From the NCBI GenBank assembly GCA_963665115.1, contig OY762007.1, positions 8,128,001-8,192,000 of the forward strand: a DNA stretch of 64,000 bases. Direction: 5' to 3'. The notes under the pieces are model-generated. The model ran no database searches. It was not told the DNA's origin and saw only the letters and a program-made list of their open reading frames with translations. This DNA is from an uncultured Rivularia sp. (lineage in GTDB: Bacteria; Cyanobacteriota; Cyanobacteriia; Cyanobacteriales; Nostocaceae). Of this stretch, positions 42,650 to 53,491 are shown piece by piece (positions within the stretch are counted from its first letter, which is position 1; each line of letters begins with the position of its first letter). The position numbers and the translations under genes are program-made.

Positions 42650-44398
42650 TTAATGCAGCAACTCTTCTACCTGATGCTGACTCCATAAATCCCTATAAAG
42701 TCCGGGTTTTTGTAAAAGTTCTATTTGATTACCAATTTGAACGATTTTACCTTTTTCCATCACGAAAATTCGGTCGGCAGCAGCAGCAGCAGATAATTGA
42801 TGGGTAATGAAAACAACTGTTTTACGTTTAATACCGCTGGAAAGATTTTTTAAGATTTGTGTGGCAGTTTGATTATCTACGGAAGAGAGTGCATCATCTA
42901 AAATTAATACTGGAGCATCTACAAGCATGGCTCTAGCTAAAGCTGTACGCTGTCTTTGACCGCCAGAAAGTGTAATTCCACGTTCGCCGACTAAAGTGTC
43001 ATATTGTTTGGGAAAATTAGCTATTTCGGAGCTAATTTGCGATAATTCAGCGGCAGTTTTAACTTCTTGCTGTTCTGCTAAAGGATCGCCATAACGGATA
43101 TTATTTTGAATTGTAGTACTGAAGAGAAAGCTGTCTTGGGGAACGTAAGCAATTACATCCCGTAAATCGGTTAAAGCAACTTCAGTAGTATCTATTCCAT
43201 CTAAAAATAATTCTCCTTTATCAATATCTAATAAACGTGGTAAACAATTCGCTAAAGTTGATTTACCCGAACCGATAGCACCTACTATCGCAACTGTTTC
43301 TCCTGGGGTAATATGAAAATTAACATTGTCTAATGCGGGAGTTTCCGCTCCTGGATAAGTAAATGTGAGGTTTTTAGCGGTTAATTCTCCTTTAATTTGC
43401 TCTCGTGATAGTTGAATTGCATTACTGTAATCTTTTATTTTAGGTTCAACGCTGAAAATTGATTCAACTCTGTCAACGCTAACTTCACCACGTTGATAAG
43501 CAGTAATAGTAAATCCCAGTAAAGCTGTAGGAAATATCAAACGTTCAATATATAACAATAAAGCTACAAAATCACCCACTTCGAGACTGGAACCGATTCT
43601 ACTTGCTCCGATCCAGATTATTATCAACGTACTGATATTAGCCAATCCACCAATCAAGGGAAACAAAGTATTTCGAGTTTGCGCTAATTTCAAGTTAGCT
43701 TTTAAAAGCTGATGATTTTGTCTAGCAAAAGCGCGACGTTCGTTATCTTCTTGAGCATAAATTTTTATTAAGGAAATACCGCTAATATCTTCTTGAATCA
43801 GGTTACTAATATCCGAAAGATCTTCCTGTACCGAGGTTTGTTGATTGCGGAGACGTTCGCTAAATAGCAATACCATAAAGAACATGATCGGATAAGGTAT
43901 TAATGCTAATCCAGCTAGCTGCACATTAAGAGAAAACATTATGGGTAAAGTCAATGCATAAGCAAATATAGTATTTGCAAAGCTCAACACTACAAACCCT
44001 AATAACCGTCGAATATTGTCAACATCACTCGTAGCACGGCTAATCAAATCTCCGGCTTTATTAGTAGCAAAATAAGCAGGCTCCAACTTCAGCAAATGTT
44101 CAAAAATTTGCTGTTTAAGGTCAAATTCTACCTGTCTTCCCACACCGAATATCCAGATACGGGAAGCCATCCTGATCAGCCACATTGAAGAACTGAGTGA
44201 AATAATAAGTATGGAGTAGCGAATTATTTGTCCGTAATCGAAGTTTTCCGAAAGTTTTTCAACGCAATCTCGAATTAATAAGGGTATGTAAGCCCCCAAC
44301 CCATTAACAACGAGTAAAGCGACAATACCTAAAGCTGTTGGTCGCCAATGAGGGCGCAGATAAGCAAGAAGTTTGACAAAGCGTCGTGATTTTGACAT
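42650..44398 (-). CDS. ABC exporter, fused permease/ATPase
   Basis: GAIGSGKST, LSGGQRQR, ILDDALSSVD. Confidence 0.95.
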   Translation of the reverse strand: MSKSRRFVKLLAYLRPHWRPTALGIVALLVVNGLGAYIPLLIRDCVEKLSENFDYGQIIRYSILIISLSSSMWLIRMASRIWIFGVGRQVEFDLKQQIFEHLLKLEPAYFATNKAGDLISRATSDVDNIRRLLGFVVLSFANTIFAYALTLPIMFSLNVQLAGLALIPYPIMFFMVLLFSERLRNQQTSVQEDLSDISNLIQEDISGISLIKIYAQEDNERRAFARQNHQLLKANLKLAQTRNTLFPLIGGLANISTLIIIWIGASRIGSSLEVGDFVALLLYIERLIFPTALLGFTITAYQRGEVSVDRVESIFSVEPKIKDYSNAIQLSREQIKGELTAKNLTFTYPGAETPALDNVNFHITPGETVAIVGAIGSGKSTLANCLPRLLDIDKGELFLDGIDTTEVALTDLRDVIAYVPQDSFLFSTTIQNNIRYGDPLAEQQEVKTAAELSQISSEIANFPKQYDTLVGERGITLSGGQRQRTALARAMLVDAPVLILDDALSSVDNQTATQILKNLSSGIKRKTVVFITHQLSAAAAADRIFVMEKGKIVQIGNQIELLQKPGLYRDLWSQHQVEELLH

Positions 44399-44430
44399 CG
44401 TATTAAATAGCGTTATTGCGTAATATTTGA

Positions 44431-45732
44431 TTACGAAACGGAGTAGTTCGTACCAAACGAGTAGCTGTATCCATCTTTTCGGTGCAGCTTGGTTAACTTG
44501 TCATATTTACCCGAAATACGTTTTCCATTTATTCGCATCTCAAAACTTTTTGCACTATTAATAAGTACTCTGCCAACGTAAGATACCCCATTCTTTACAA
44601 AGCGAGCTATATCTCCAGTTTTCCAGCCTATATCGTAATTGAAGCGAGGTTTTGAGGCAGGGAAGCCGTACTTATTCATCCTTGTATATTGTTTGTTGCC
44701 ATGTCCCGTTGACTTAATCAGCAGTGGTGCATAAGTTTTAAACTCTAAAGTATCGACTTCTCCGGCACATGCCGCGTCTATGCTATGTTCTTTGGGTAAG
44801 CCCAACCTGGTTCGGTTGAATTTGGTTTGCGCTCCCGTTCCTGTTTCAACTTCGTTTTGCTTGCCTGATATTTTCCAAAAAACGAATTGACAATCCCAAG
44901 CCAATATATTTCTTGCTGCATTTACTGCTGCCGCATCTTTCAGCGGTTTCTTCATATTTAATTTAATTTTGTTCAATAAGTTTGGCTTCTTTTTGAGAAA
45001 ATCTTCTACTGGCTTGTTTCCTTTTTTCTGGTTACATTCAAGGCAGGCTAAGCATAAATTACTCACTCTCGACGAACCGCCTTTACTAGACGGAACTATA
45101 TGCTCTATTTGTAATGGGACATCTTTTTTCCCACAATAAGTACATTCTCTTCCCCACTTTTCCAATAAATATTCACGAACTTCGTAGCCCCACAAGGTTC
45201 CTTGCTGATACTCGACTCCTTTAACTTCCACGTTTTGCATTTTAGTCGTATCAAACTTTACTTTTTCAATCACAATTTTGTTGATAGGAGTGAATCGAGC
45301 AAAGCGGTAAACCCAAGTTTCAACTGTTAGTACACGATGATAAATGCTAGGGGGAAGAGGTCTTGAACTACTAGTTCTATTCAAAAATCTAGCTTTACGA
45401 TATCTCGTTTTACGGTTGCGTCTATTTCTGCGTATAGCACTACGCTTTTCTAACGAGTTTTTAATTCTTTGTCCTCGGTGTTCTAATTCTCCTAGCCAAA
45501 CTACTTTATTTCCATCTAGTAAAGCAAATCCCGTAACCTTAGAACCTGGATCTATTTTTAGCGTAAGTGGATGAATGTTTGGATTATTTACCTCTTGCTT
45601 AAGAATTAAAGTAAAAGGAAACATTCTTAGTACCGCTGCTTTGTTCTGACTTAAAAGCTGTCTTGCTCTTTTAGGTCTTATCGGATTAAGAGGAACTAGA
45701 TTTTTATCTACAATAAATACATAATTTTGCAT
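44431..45732 (-). CDS. iscB: RNA-guided endonuclease IscB (RRXRR/HNH)
   Basis: PLMP-like PLNP, RuvC-I IDPGS, RRNRRNRKTRYR bridge helix, RuvC-II EKVKFD, HNH CTYCG..IEHIVP..GG...SNL..AC..CN, RuvC-III HSIDAAC. Confidence 0.95.
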   Translation of the reverse strand: MQNYVFIVDKNLVPLNPIRPKRARQLLSQNKAAVLRMFPFTLILKQEVNNPNIHPLTLKIDPGSKVTGFALLDGNKVVWLGELEHRGQRIKNSLEKRSAIRRNRRNRKTRYRKARFLNRTSSSRPLPPSIYHRVLTVETWVYRFARFTPINKIVIEKVKFDTTKMQNVEVKGVEYQQGTLWGYEVREYLLEKWGRECTYCGKKDVPLQIEHIVPSSKGGSSRVSNLCLACLECNQKKGNKPVEDFLKKKPNLLNKIKLNMKKPLKDAAAVNAARNILAWDCQFVFWKISGKQNEVETGTGAQTKFNRTRLGLPKEHSIDAACAGEVDTLEFKTYAPLLIKSTGHGNKQYTRMNKYGFPASKPRFNYDIGWKTGDIARFVKNGVSYVGRVLINSAKSFEMRINGKRISGKYDKLTKLHRKDGYSYSFGTNYSVS

Positions 45733-45749
45733 GATGTTTTTTGTTTGAA

Positions 45750-45992
45750 TCAACTTAATGATTAGTTTCACTCGAAAGTGTAAAGTTTGACTTGCCAGTG
45801 TTATATTGGCTTTTTAAGTTAGTAGCACTGTTTTTAATTGAACGGTTTAACTGTTTAACCACTAACGACAGAGCAGGAAGCTGTCTAACTTCAACGGGTG
45901 TCGTAACCAAAATAACGTAATACTCGAAGTACTTAGGCTGGTGTAGCTAATAATCCGAATCACTCCGGATTATTCCGTTTTAGTAGCTACAC
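45750..45992 (-). ncRNA. omega RNA (HEARO-type) scaffold of IscB
   Basis: Minus strand: GTGTAGCTA...TAGCTACAC stem, then CCAGCCTAAG, TACGTT, GACACC, GCTCTGTCG, GGTTAAACAG, CAGTG, AACACTGGC motifs in the usual order upstream of iscB. 3' boundary approximate. Confidence 0.85.
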
Positions 45993-46228
45993 ATTCGAGC
46001 AATTAGTTACCAATTATCAATTATCAGTTATCAACGAACAATTATCAATGAATAATTTTTACCTATTTATAGTAAGCTAAGGTTGAGCTTATTTGAGAAG
46101 CAAATCCAAATTCCGATTTTCCGCTGACGATAAATAACTGATAACTGATAATTGTTGATTAATAATTGACAAACGAAAACTAGGATACAGCGCTTACCAT
46201 ACCCTAGTATATTTTTTTCTATTTTTTT

Positions 46229-46915
46229 CTATCGAGGGCGTAAGAAATTATTTACTTGATTCAAGTAAGTTTCCCAAACTCTTGTAGTTAATTGCAGAGT
46301 TTCTGCACTTGGAACAAAGTCTTCTAAGCGTAAACCCCGACGACGGATTCTATCAGGGCTTTGCAAAAGATAAGGCGGAATATTTATACTACTGGGGTTT
46401 AATGCTATTGTTGTCTGACCTGCATTTGCTTGAGGTGTGACAGTATCGCTAACTATACCTGACATATTCGCTATATTTGTTTCCCCAGCAAATGCGACAA
46501 GGGTTGCAGATTTCGGTTGAACTAAAGCTACATCGGGAACAGCTACCCGCGCAACAGGTGATTGAACCAAGAAATAAGCAACCGCTGGTGTACTTGCTAA
46601 CAATAAAATTGTCAGTGCCCAACCGACTAAAATTCCTCCGGGTTTGTCTATTGCTCCACCGTTGATTCTCTGAGCGGCGAAAGTCATCAGTAAAATCGAT
46701 GCTCCCAAAGGCTTGAGAGGAAAAGATACTACTCTCCATAAGGAAGCAATAGCTGGCTCGCTTGGATTAACGAAGGACAATAACAGAACGATCAGAAAAA
46801 TTACTACTACAAATCGTCCGACAAAGTTCCCGCTTGGGTAGAATTTCTGAAATAGGCTAAATACAACAGTACCTATAAGTAGCCATAGAAGTACTCGGCT
46901 TAGCAGTTCAAACAT
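46229..46915 (-). CDS. conserved cyanobacterial membrane protein
   Basis: MFELLSRVLLWLL..., SFPLKPLG, LL.ASTP; several TM segments. Confidence 0.75.
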   Translation of the reverse strand: MFELLSRVLLWLLIGTVVFSLFQKFYPSGNFVGRFVVVIFLIVLLLSFVNPSEPAIASLWRVVSFPLKPLGASILLMTFAAQRINGGAIDKPGGILVGWALTILLLASTPAVAYFLVQSPVARVAVPDVALVQPKSATLVAFAGETNIANMSGIVSDTVTPQANAGQTTIALNPSSINIPPYLLQSPDRIRRRGLRLEDFVPSAETLQLTTRVWETYLNQVNNFLRPR

Positions 46916-47168
46916 AAATTTACTCTCAAATGTTTCTTTACAGTCAACCTATATGGCTCCGGGCAATTGGTTTATTCTATCTGTCAAATGGTGGTAGCAC
47001 CATTGACTGACTTCAAATACCTCATACCATACACACTAAAACTACCTTCGTAGTGATTTTAGTGCAATTTTTATCAATAATGTTTAGTATTTGTAGTCCT
47101 GGGGATAAGTAATTTCGCTGCCATTAAATTAAATTTATGATGTAACTGTCAAATTCAAGGGAAAATTT

Positions 47169-48170
47169 ATGTCTTCCGAACAATTTACTATTTTAGTTAC
47201 CGGAGGAGCCGGGTATATTGGCTCGCACACGGTATTAGCTTTGAAACAAGCTGGCTATGAAGTTTTGATACTTGATAATTTAGTTTATGGACACCGTGAC
47301 TTGGTAGAACAAGTTCTCAAAGTCGAACTTATTGAAGGAGATACTGGCGATCGCGATTTATTAGATAAATTATTCAAATCCCGCAATATTGCAGCAGTTA
47401 TGCACTTTTCTGCCTACGCTTATGTAGGAGAATCGGTTTCTAACCCAGCAAAATATTATCGTAACAATGTAATCGGTACAATAACTCTGTTAGAAGCAAT
47501 GCTAGCTGCATCCGTTAAGAATTTTGTATTTTCTTCAACTTGTGCAACATACGGAGTCCCAGAAGTAGTACCGATACCAGAAGATCATCCCCAAAATCCG
47601 ATCAATCCCTACGGTGCAACCAAATTAATGGTGGAGCGGATACTCTCAGATTTTAACGAAGCATACGATTTTAAATCGGTACGTTTTCGATACTTTAATG
47701 CAGCAGGTGCAAATCCCGAAGGTTTATTGGGAGAAGATCACAATCCCGAAACCCATTTAATTCCTTTAGTATTGCAAACAGCTTTAGGAAAACGCGAGTC
47801 AATTTCGATTTTTGGTACAGATTATCCCACTGATGACGGTACTTGCGTTCGCGACTACATTCACGTTAGCGACTTAGCAGACGCTCACGTATTAGGCTTA
47901 GAATATCTGCTCAAAGGAGGAGACAGCACCTTCTTTAATCTGGGTAACGGAAACGGTTTTTCCGTCAAAGAAATAATTGAAGCAGCAAGACTTGTCACAG
48001 GTGAAGATATTAAAGCAGTAGAGTGCGATCGCCGTCTAGGAGATCCCCCAGCCCTGATCGGAAGTGGTGAAAAAGCCCGAAAAATATTAGGTTGGCAACC
48101 ACAATATACATCTATCAAAGATATCATGACTCACGCCTGGGAATGGCATCAGAAGCGACATGGGAGTTAG
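47169..48170 (+). CDS. galE: UDP-glucose 4-epimerase
   Basis: TGGAGYIGSH, FSSTCATYG, PYGATK, RYFNAAGA, DGTCVRDYIHV. Confidence 0.96.
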   Translation: MSSEQFTILVTGGAGYIGSHTVLALKQAGYEVLILDNLVYGHRDLVEQVLKVELIEGDTGDRDLLDKLFKSRNIAAVMHFSAYAYVGESVSNPAKYYRNNVIGTITLLEAMLAASVKNFVFSSTCATYGVPEVVPIPEDHPQNPINPYGATKLMVERILSDFNEAYDFKSVRFRYFNAAGANPEGLLGEDHNPETHLIPLVLQTALGKRESISIFGTDYPTDDGTCVRDYIHVSDLADAHVLGLEYLLKGGDSTFFNLGNGNGFSVKEIIEAARLVTGEDIKAVECDRRLGDPPALIGSGEKARKILGWQPQYTSIKDIMTHAWEWHQKRHGS

Positions 48171-48260
48171 GAGTTAGTTATTAGTGGTTAGTTGTTAGTT
48201 GTCAGGAGTTAGGAGTTTTAAATTACCAATTACCAATTACCAATTACCAATGCCCAATTT

Positions 48261-48842
48261 TTAACTTTTTCGCACTACGGCAAATATTCCACCTATAAGT
48301 ACAACAATTCCCAAACCTATAGCCCAAAATGGTAGGGGAAAAGCTTGTTGTTCGGTTTGATTTAGGTTGACATTTTGTACTTCTTGCGCTGTTTGTGTTT
48401 CTTGTTGATTTGTCGCAGCTTTTTTGGTTCCAGCAGCTACGGTAACATCAAACTTTAATTCAAAGGGTTTGAAGCTATTGTCATTAGCGGGTTTACCACT
48501 AAACTCTAATTGATAAGCTCCAGGTTTAGGGAATGTAATTTCTGCTCCCGGAATACCTTGATAGCGTTCGGCTGATATGGGTTGTAAATTCGGTTGAGCA
48601 AGAGGCTTTGATTCTGCTGTACGTGGTTCGCTGTAAATAGCCAATTCACAATGGCATTCTTTTAAAGGAATTACCTTACCACCCTTACGTGTTAAAGCAA
48701 ACCAAGCTTGTGCAGCTTCACCAGCACGGGGAGTATCACCTGGTTCAATGTGCAAAGTAGCCCCCACATCTTCAGCAGTTTCTATCTTGTGGGCGGAAGC
48801 CCGAGGAATTAGTAATGATGAAAGATTAATAATTTGGAGCAT
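48261..48842 (-). CDS. exported protein with C-terminal membrane anchor, possibly metal-related
   Basis: ASAH N-terminal His after signal-like segment, TLHIEP, FP.PG.Y; C-terminal TM. Confidence 0.7.
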   Translation of the reverse strand: MLQIINLSSLLIPRASAHKIETAEDVGATLHIEPGDTPRAGEAAQAWFALTRKGGKVIPLKECHCELAIYSEPRTAESKPLAQPNLQPISAERYQGIPGAEITFPKPGAYQLEFSGKPANDNSFKPFELKFDVTVAAGTKKAATNQQETQTAQEVQNVNLNQTEQQAFPLPFWAIGLGIVVLIGGIFAVVRKS

Positions 48843-49018
48843 GGTTAAGAGTTGGGAGTTAGGAGTTGCGAGTAGTTAGGAATTAGTGAAGTTATAAGTA
48901 GTGCGAGCATCTTGCTCGCTTGCTACTATTCGCTGGGTAAGATGCATGTCCTGACGGACACACTCCGTTAACAGACTAGTATTTTGAGGGTAACGGGTAA
49001 CTGCTCACTGATAGCTGA

Positions 49019-50242
49019 TTACTGCTTACTCGAAACATAAAATCTCTGCAAACCTAATGCTGACCAAAAAAGGCGGGTTCTAAGTAACAATACTCCGAGA
49101 GTGATAATTACTAAAACTACTGGGGCTAGTTGACTTAGCAAAGTTGACTGTACGGAACCAAGATAATTAGAACCAATTATTAAGGCATGAATTGCACTTA
49201 ATATTAAGGCTGGAACGCTTAATAAATGAATGTGTCGCCAATATTTGCCCAAAGATTTTTGTAAGGAATCAAAGCTGGTTAAGGCAGCAGGAGCCATTAA
49301 GATTAAGGCGACTGCACCAAAAGCCATGCCTAACTGAAATTCTGATGGTAAGAAGAAAAAACTATTAAGCTTCCACCCCAATGAATGTTCCATCATGTGA
49401 GCGGTGTGGGCTAAAGAAACTACGAAAGCACCAACTCCTAAAGCACGACGATAGCGCATTGGTGCTGCCCATAAACCACTGATGGGACGAGCAATCAGCG
49501 CCAGCATCAGCAATATTAAACCAGCGTGTCCGGTGTAGTCTACCATCGTGTCGCCAGTTCGCAGCAAGGTAATTACGCCTATTGTGAGAGTTACCCAACC
49601 ACCCAAGCGAAACAGTTGGGAACGTTTATCTTTACTAATTAAGGATGCAGATACCCCTACCCCCAACATCATCGGAAAAGTTCCCAAACCAAAAGCTAAC
49701 ATTGTAGCTGCACCCATCCACATATTCCCCGTTTGAGCAGCTTTGATTTGAGCGGTATACAGGAAACCACAAGGCATTAAACCCCAAGTCATTCCTAAAA
49801 CGAGGGGTGTATACCAGGTGTTTTGCAATGATATTTTTGACATTCCCGCATTCAAACGATTGTGTAAACCGCCTTGTAATAATGGGTGCAAAAATGGAAT
49901 TTTGGGTAAAAAGTTCGGATTAATTTGTCTGAGTCCGAACAAAATCAACATTAAACCAGTAATGATTGCTATCCACTGACGTAATTCGCTACCAACACCA
50001 GCTAATTGACCTCCTTCTACCAATATCGAACCTAGCGCCCCAATTGCAGCACCAACTAAGCTATAACTGAGCATTCGCCCAAAATTAAGCAAAACATGGA
50101 ATTTTGATTGTTGCCGCCAATTAGTGTTTTTACTTTGGGAAGACAAAGAAAATGCTACAGTCAAAGGTCCGCACATTCCAGCACAGTGACCAAAACTACC
50201 AAGAAATCCCAAAGCTGCAATAAGGAAAAGGTCAAGTAACAT
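49019..50242 (-). CDS. DsbD_2/UreH-like permease fused to a ferric-reductase-like (MsrQ-type) TM domain
   Basis: GHCAGMCGP, G.MPCGFLY, FGLGT; C-terminal RRALG, LTS, LG..W..IH. Confidence 0.85.
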   Translation of the reverse strand: MLLDLFLIAALGFLGSFGHCAGMCGPLTVAFSLSSQSKNTNWRQQSKFHVLLNFGRMLSYSLVGAAIGALGSILVEGGQLAGVGSELRQWIAIITGLMLILFGLRQINPNFLPKIPFLHPLLQGGLHNRLNAGMSKISLQNTWYTPLVLGMTWGLMPCGFLYTAQIKAAQTGNMWMGAATMLAFGLGTFPMMLGVGVSASLISKDKRSQLFRLGGWVTLTIGVITLLRTGDTMVDYTGHAGLILLMLALIARPISGLWAAPMRYRRALGVGAFVVSLAHTAHMMEHSLGWKLNSFFFLPSEFQLGMAFGAVALILMAPAALTSFDSLQKSLGKYWRHIHLLSVPALILSAIHALIIGSNYLGSVQSTLLSQLAPVVLVIITLGVLLLRTRLFWSALGLQRFYVSSKQ

Positions 50243-50327
50243 TTTGGATTTTAGATTATAAAAGAGTTTTTATATAAAGGTTCGTAGTAAAAGTTTTAAC
50301 TCCGATCTTGAGGTAACAAATTCTTAC

Positions 50328-50430
50328 TAAGCTGTTGCGTATTCAACTTGTATATGAGAAGCGGGCAAGATGCCCGCACTACAATCGTTCAAATTCTTTA
50401 CCTTATACAATTTAGCTGCACGTCAGCTTA
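50328..50430. mobile_element. second copy of the REP-containing MITE-like element
   Basis: Reverse complement aligns end to end with 39743-39844. Confidence 0.75.
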
Positions 50431-50525
50431 CAAACCAATCGGAATCAAACTGTTGGAGTACTATCGCAGTTTCATTCTGGATCGGGAATTAGTAATTAAT
50501 TATGTCCTTGATGTTTGTGCTGCTC

Positions 50526-50993
50526 TTAATTTTTACTTATAACTTCTGAGACTTTGATAATTTCTGTATCTTCAATTACTTTACCGTTGCTAGTCAAATC
50601 AGCATGATTGTTAGCATTCAAAGTTACTTTAACTTTGTTTTCACCAGGTTCGAGATTTTCCAGATAATACCAAGAACTATACAGTCTGGTAATTTTTTTC
50701 CCGTTCACAAAAATATGAGCGTGCCCTTCTCCAGCTTCCGGTGCTTGGTTAACTTTTTCAGGTGCAAATTTAAAATTGGTAACTTTCGCTTCCAGATTCC
50801 AGCCTTTTTTTAAATCTTTACGTACCACTACATCAAGACTTGGTACAGCTTGCCCTTGAGGGACTTCCATTATTCCGTGTTTATGCTCGCCATTTCCGCT
50901 TCCCACTTCAGCTACAGTCATAGTCGCACCTTTGGCGATCGCCACTACAGAAATCAATGTAGCTGCCGCGACAAAAAAGTGTTGAGCTTTCAT
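50526..50993 (-). CDS. exported His-containing protein, probable metal binding
   Basis: Signal peptide, EHKH, GEGHAHIFVNGKK..RLY, LNANNH. Confidence 0.75.
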   Translation of the reverse strand: MKAQHFFVAAATLISVVAIAKGATMTVAEVGSGNGEHKHGIMEVPQGQAVPSLDVVVRKDLKKGWNLEAKVTNFKFAPEKVNQAPEAGEGHAHIFVNGKKITRLYSSWYYLENLEPGENKVKVTLNANNHADLTSNGKVIEDTEIIKVSEVISKN

Positions 50994-51090
50994 AGCAAAA
51001 ATAAGTAAAAACGACCCGTCTTAACCCTTAAAAATAAGTTTTTTTACTAATTAAGTCAAAAGACAGGCTGTCATATTTAGGAAATAGTTC

Positions 51091-53491
51091 TTAATTCCCC
51101 ACTCCTAATTCCTTTTCCTGAACCATAGGAATTTCGATCGTAAATTCTGTACCCTTCCCAGGTGTTGAATTACAGTAAAGTTTACCGCGATGTTTTTCTA
51201 CTACGATTTGGTAACTGATAGATAAACCCAAACCCGTTCCTTTTCCAACTTCTTTAGTAGTGAAAAATGGGTCAAATAGTTTTGGTTTAATTTTTTTAGG
51301 AATACCAATACCGTTATCAGAAATACTGATTTTTATTTGTTTACTTTCGGTTAATTCTGTCGCAATTTTTATATAGCTGGGATTTGATTGAATCTCTTGA
51401 ATAGTCAGCTGATAATTATAATTATCTAAAGCATCAATAGCATTAGTCAAAATGTTCATAAATACTTGATTTAATTGACCGGGATAGCATTCTATTAAAG
51501 GTAAAGAGCTATATTCTTTAATTATTTTAATTTCTGGGTGTGTAGATTTTGCTTTTAAACGGTTGTGCAAAATCATCAATGTAGAATCAATACCCGAATG
51601 AATGTCTACTTTTTTGAATTCAGCTTCATCCAAACGAGAAAAATTACGCAAACTCAAAACAATATCTTTTATACGACTCGTACCTTCTTTCATTGAATAA
51701 AGTGTTTTTGTCAAGTCCTCTTTGATAAAATCAAATTCTATATTTTCAATTGCTTCAATAATTTCTATCTTCGGATTAGGATAGTGCTGTTGATAAATTT
51801 CTATTAATCCCAATAAATCTTGAACATATTCGCAGGCAGGAACTATATTACCATGAATAAAATTTACCGGATTGTTAATTTCATGAGCAACACCTGCAAC
51901 CATTTGTCCTAAAGAAGACATTTTTTCGGTTTGAATTAATTGTGTTTGAGTATGTTTTAATTCGCGAAGAGTCTGCTTTAAGCTTTGAGTTTGCTTCTGA
52001 AATTTTTCTTCAGTTAGCTTCATCTGAGTAATATCAATTAAACAACCATACCAAATAATGGATTTATTGGGTTGAATCTCTGGTTTTGCTACCACTTTTA
52101 TCCATTTATGTTTATTATTTGGGTCAATATAACGCCATTCAGATTCTAAGTTTTCTAAAGTTTTAGCGGAAATATTGCCTTTCTCGATAAAAGCTGCAAT
52201 ATCATCTGGATGAATATTTTCAAATGCTAAGCTAACATCTTGTTGTAACAATAGCGGTTTCTAATCCCAAAATGTCTCGACATCCCGAAGAAACGTAAGT
52301 AAATGAAATATTTCTATCCGGTTTGAGACGGTATTCATAAATCATTCCCGGTACGCTATCTGTTAACTTTTTAAGTCTTGCTTGCGTGCTTTGCAATTGT
52401 GCGGTGCGTGCTTCAACTTTTATTTCTAATTTTTCGTTGATATTTTTGATTTCTTCTTCAATTTTCTTTCGCTGAGTAATATCTTCAACAGTGACTAAAA
52501 TTCCGATAACATTACCTTTCGCATCTCGTAATGGAATCTTATTAGTATCAAGCCACGCTTGTTTACCGTCGGATTGCTTTTGAGTTTCAATGATATGTAA
52601 TTCAGCTTCACCCGATTCCATTACTCGTTTATCGCATTCTCGATAAAAATTTGCCTCTTCCATATTCCAAGGCAGATCGTAATCTGTTTTGCCAACAATT
52701 TCTTCTGAAGAACTTAATCCCGCAACTTCCCCAGCGCTACTATTACATCCTTTAAATACTGAGTTTCTATCTTTCCAAAAAACTAGCTGGGGAATGCTAT
52801 CAATTAGCAGTTTGAAAAATTGTTGCGATTCCAGAAGTTGCATTTCGGTTTGATGAGATGCAATCGCATAACCAAAATTACCAGCAGCAGCTCGTAAAAC
52901 TGACTTTTCAAGATTTGTCCACTGATGTTCGCTATGACAATTATCAAAACCAATAAATCCCCATAATTTTCCTTTAATTTCGATTGGGGCTATCAATATT
53001 GACAGAATATTCTGTTGTTGTAAGATTTCTCGCTCGGTTTGAGAGAAATCTCTTACAATTCCAGCAATTGCTTTACCTTGACTTAAATTTTTGTACCAGC
53101 GTGGAAAACAATTATCATAAGAAAGATTTTGTAATTCGGGATTATCTATTTCCGGAATAACACCCGGTGCCACCCATTCCCACTGCTGACTCATAAGCAT
53201 TTCACCCGTAATTGGATGGGAATGATTTTCAAAAATATAAATTCTGTCTGCAATAACAGCATTTCCCAAAGCTGCTAAAGCTGCATTTATCGATTGTTCG
53301 TAATTTGCGATTGTCAGTAAACAGTTACTTGAAGAAGCAATACCTTCAAGTAAACGTTCATTTTGTTTTAGTTTTAACTTTGTTAAGCAATTAGCTGGAG
53401 GTAAATTAGCAATACAATTACGCAGCAGTAAAAGTTCTGCTTGCATAGCTTCATATAGATTTTTGTCAATAGAAATTAGATTCTGTGTCAT
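51091..53491 (-). CDS. GAF-PAS-PAS sensor histidine kinase, apparent +1 frameshift at 52258-52260
   Basis: Joins as LGLE|PLLLQQD; EKMSSLGQMVAGVAHEINNP, LNQVFMNIL.NA.DA, FDPFFTTK.VGKGTGLGL. Confidence 0.92.
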
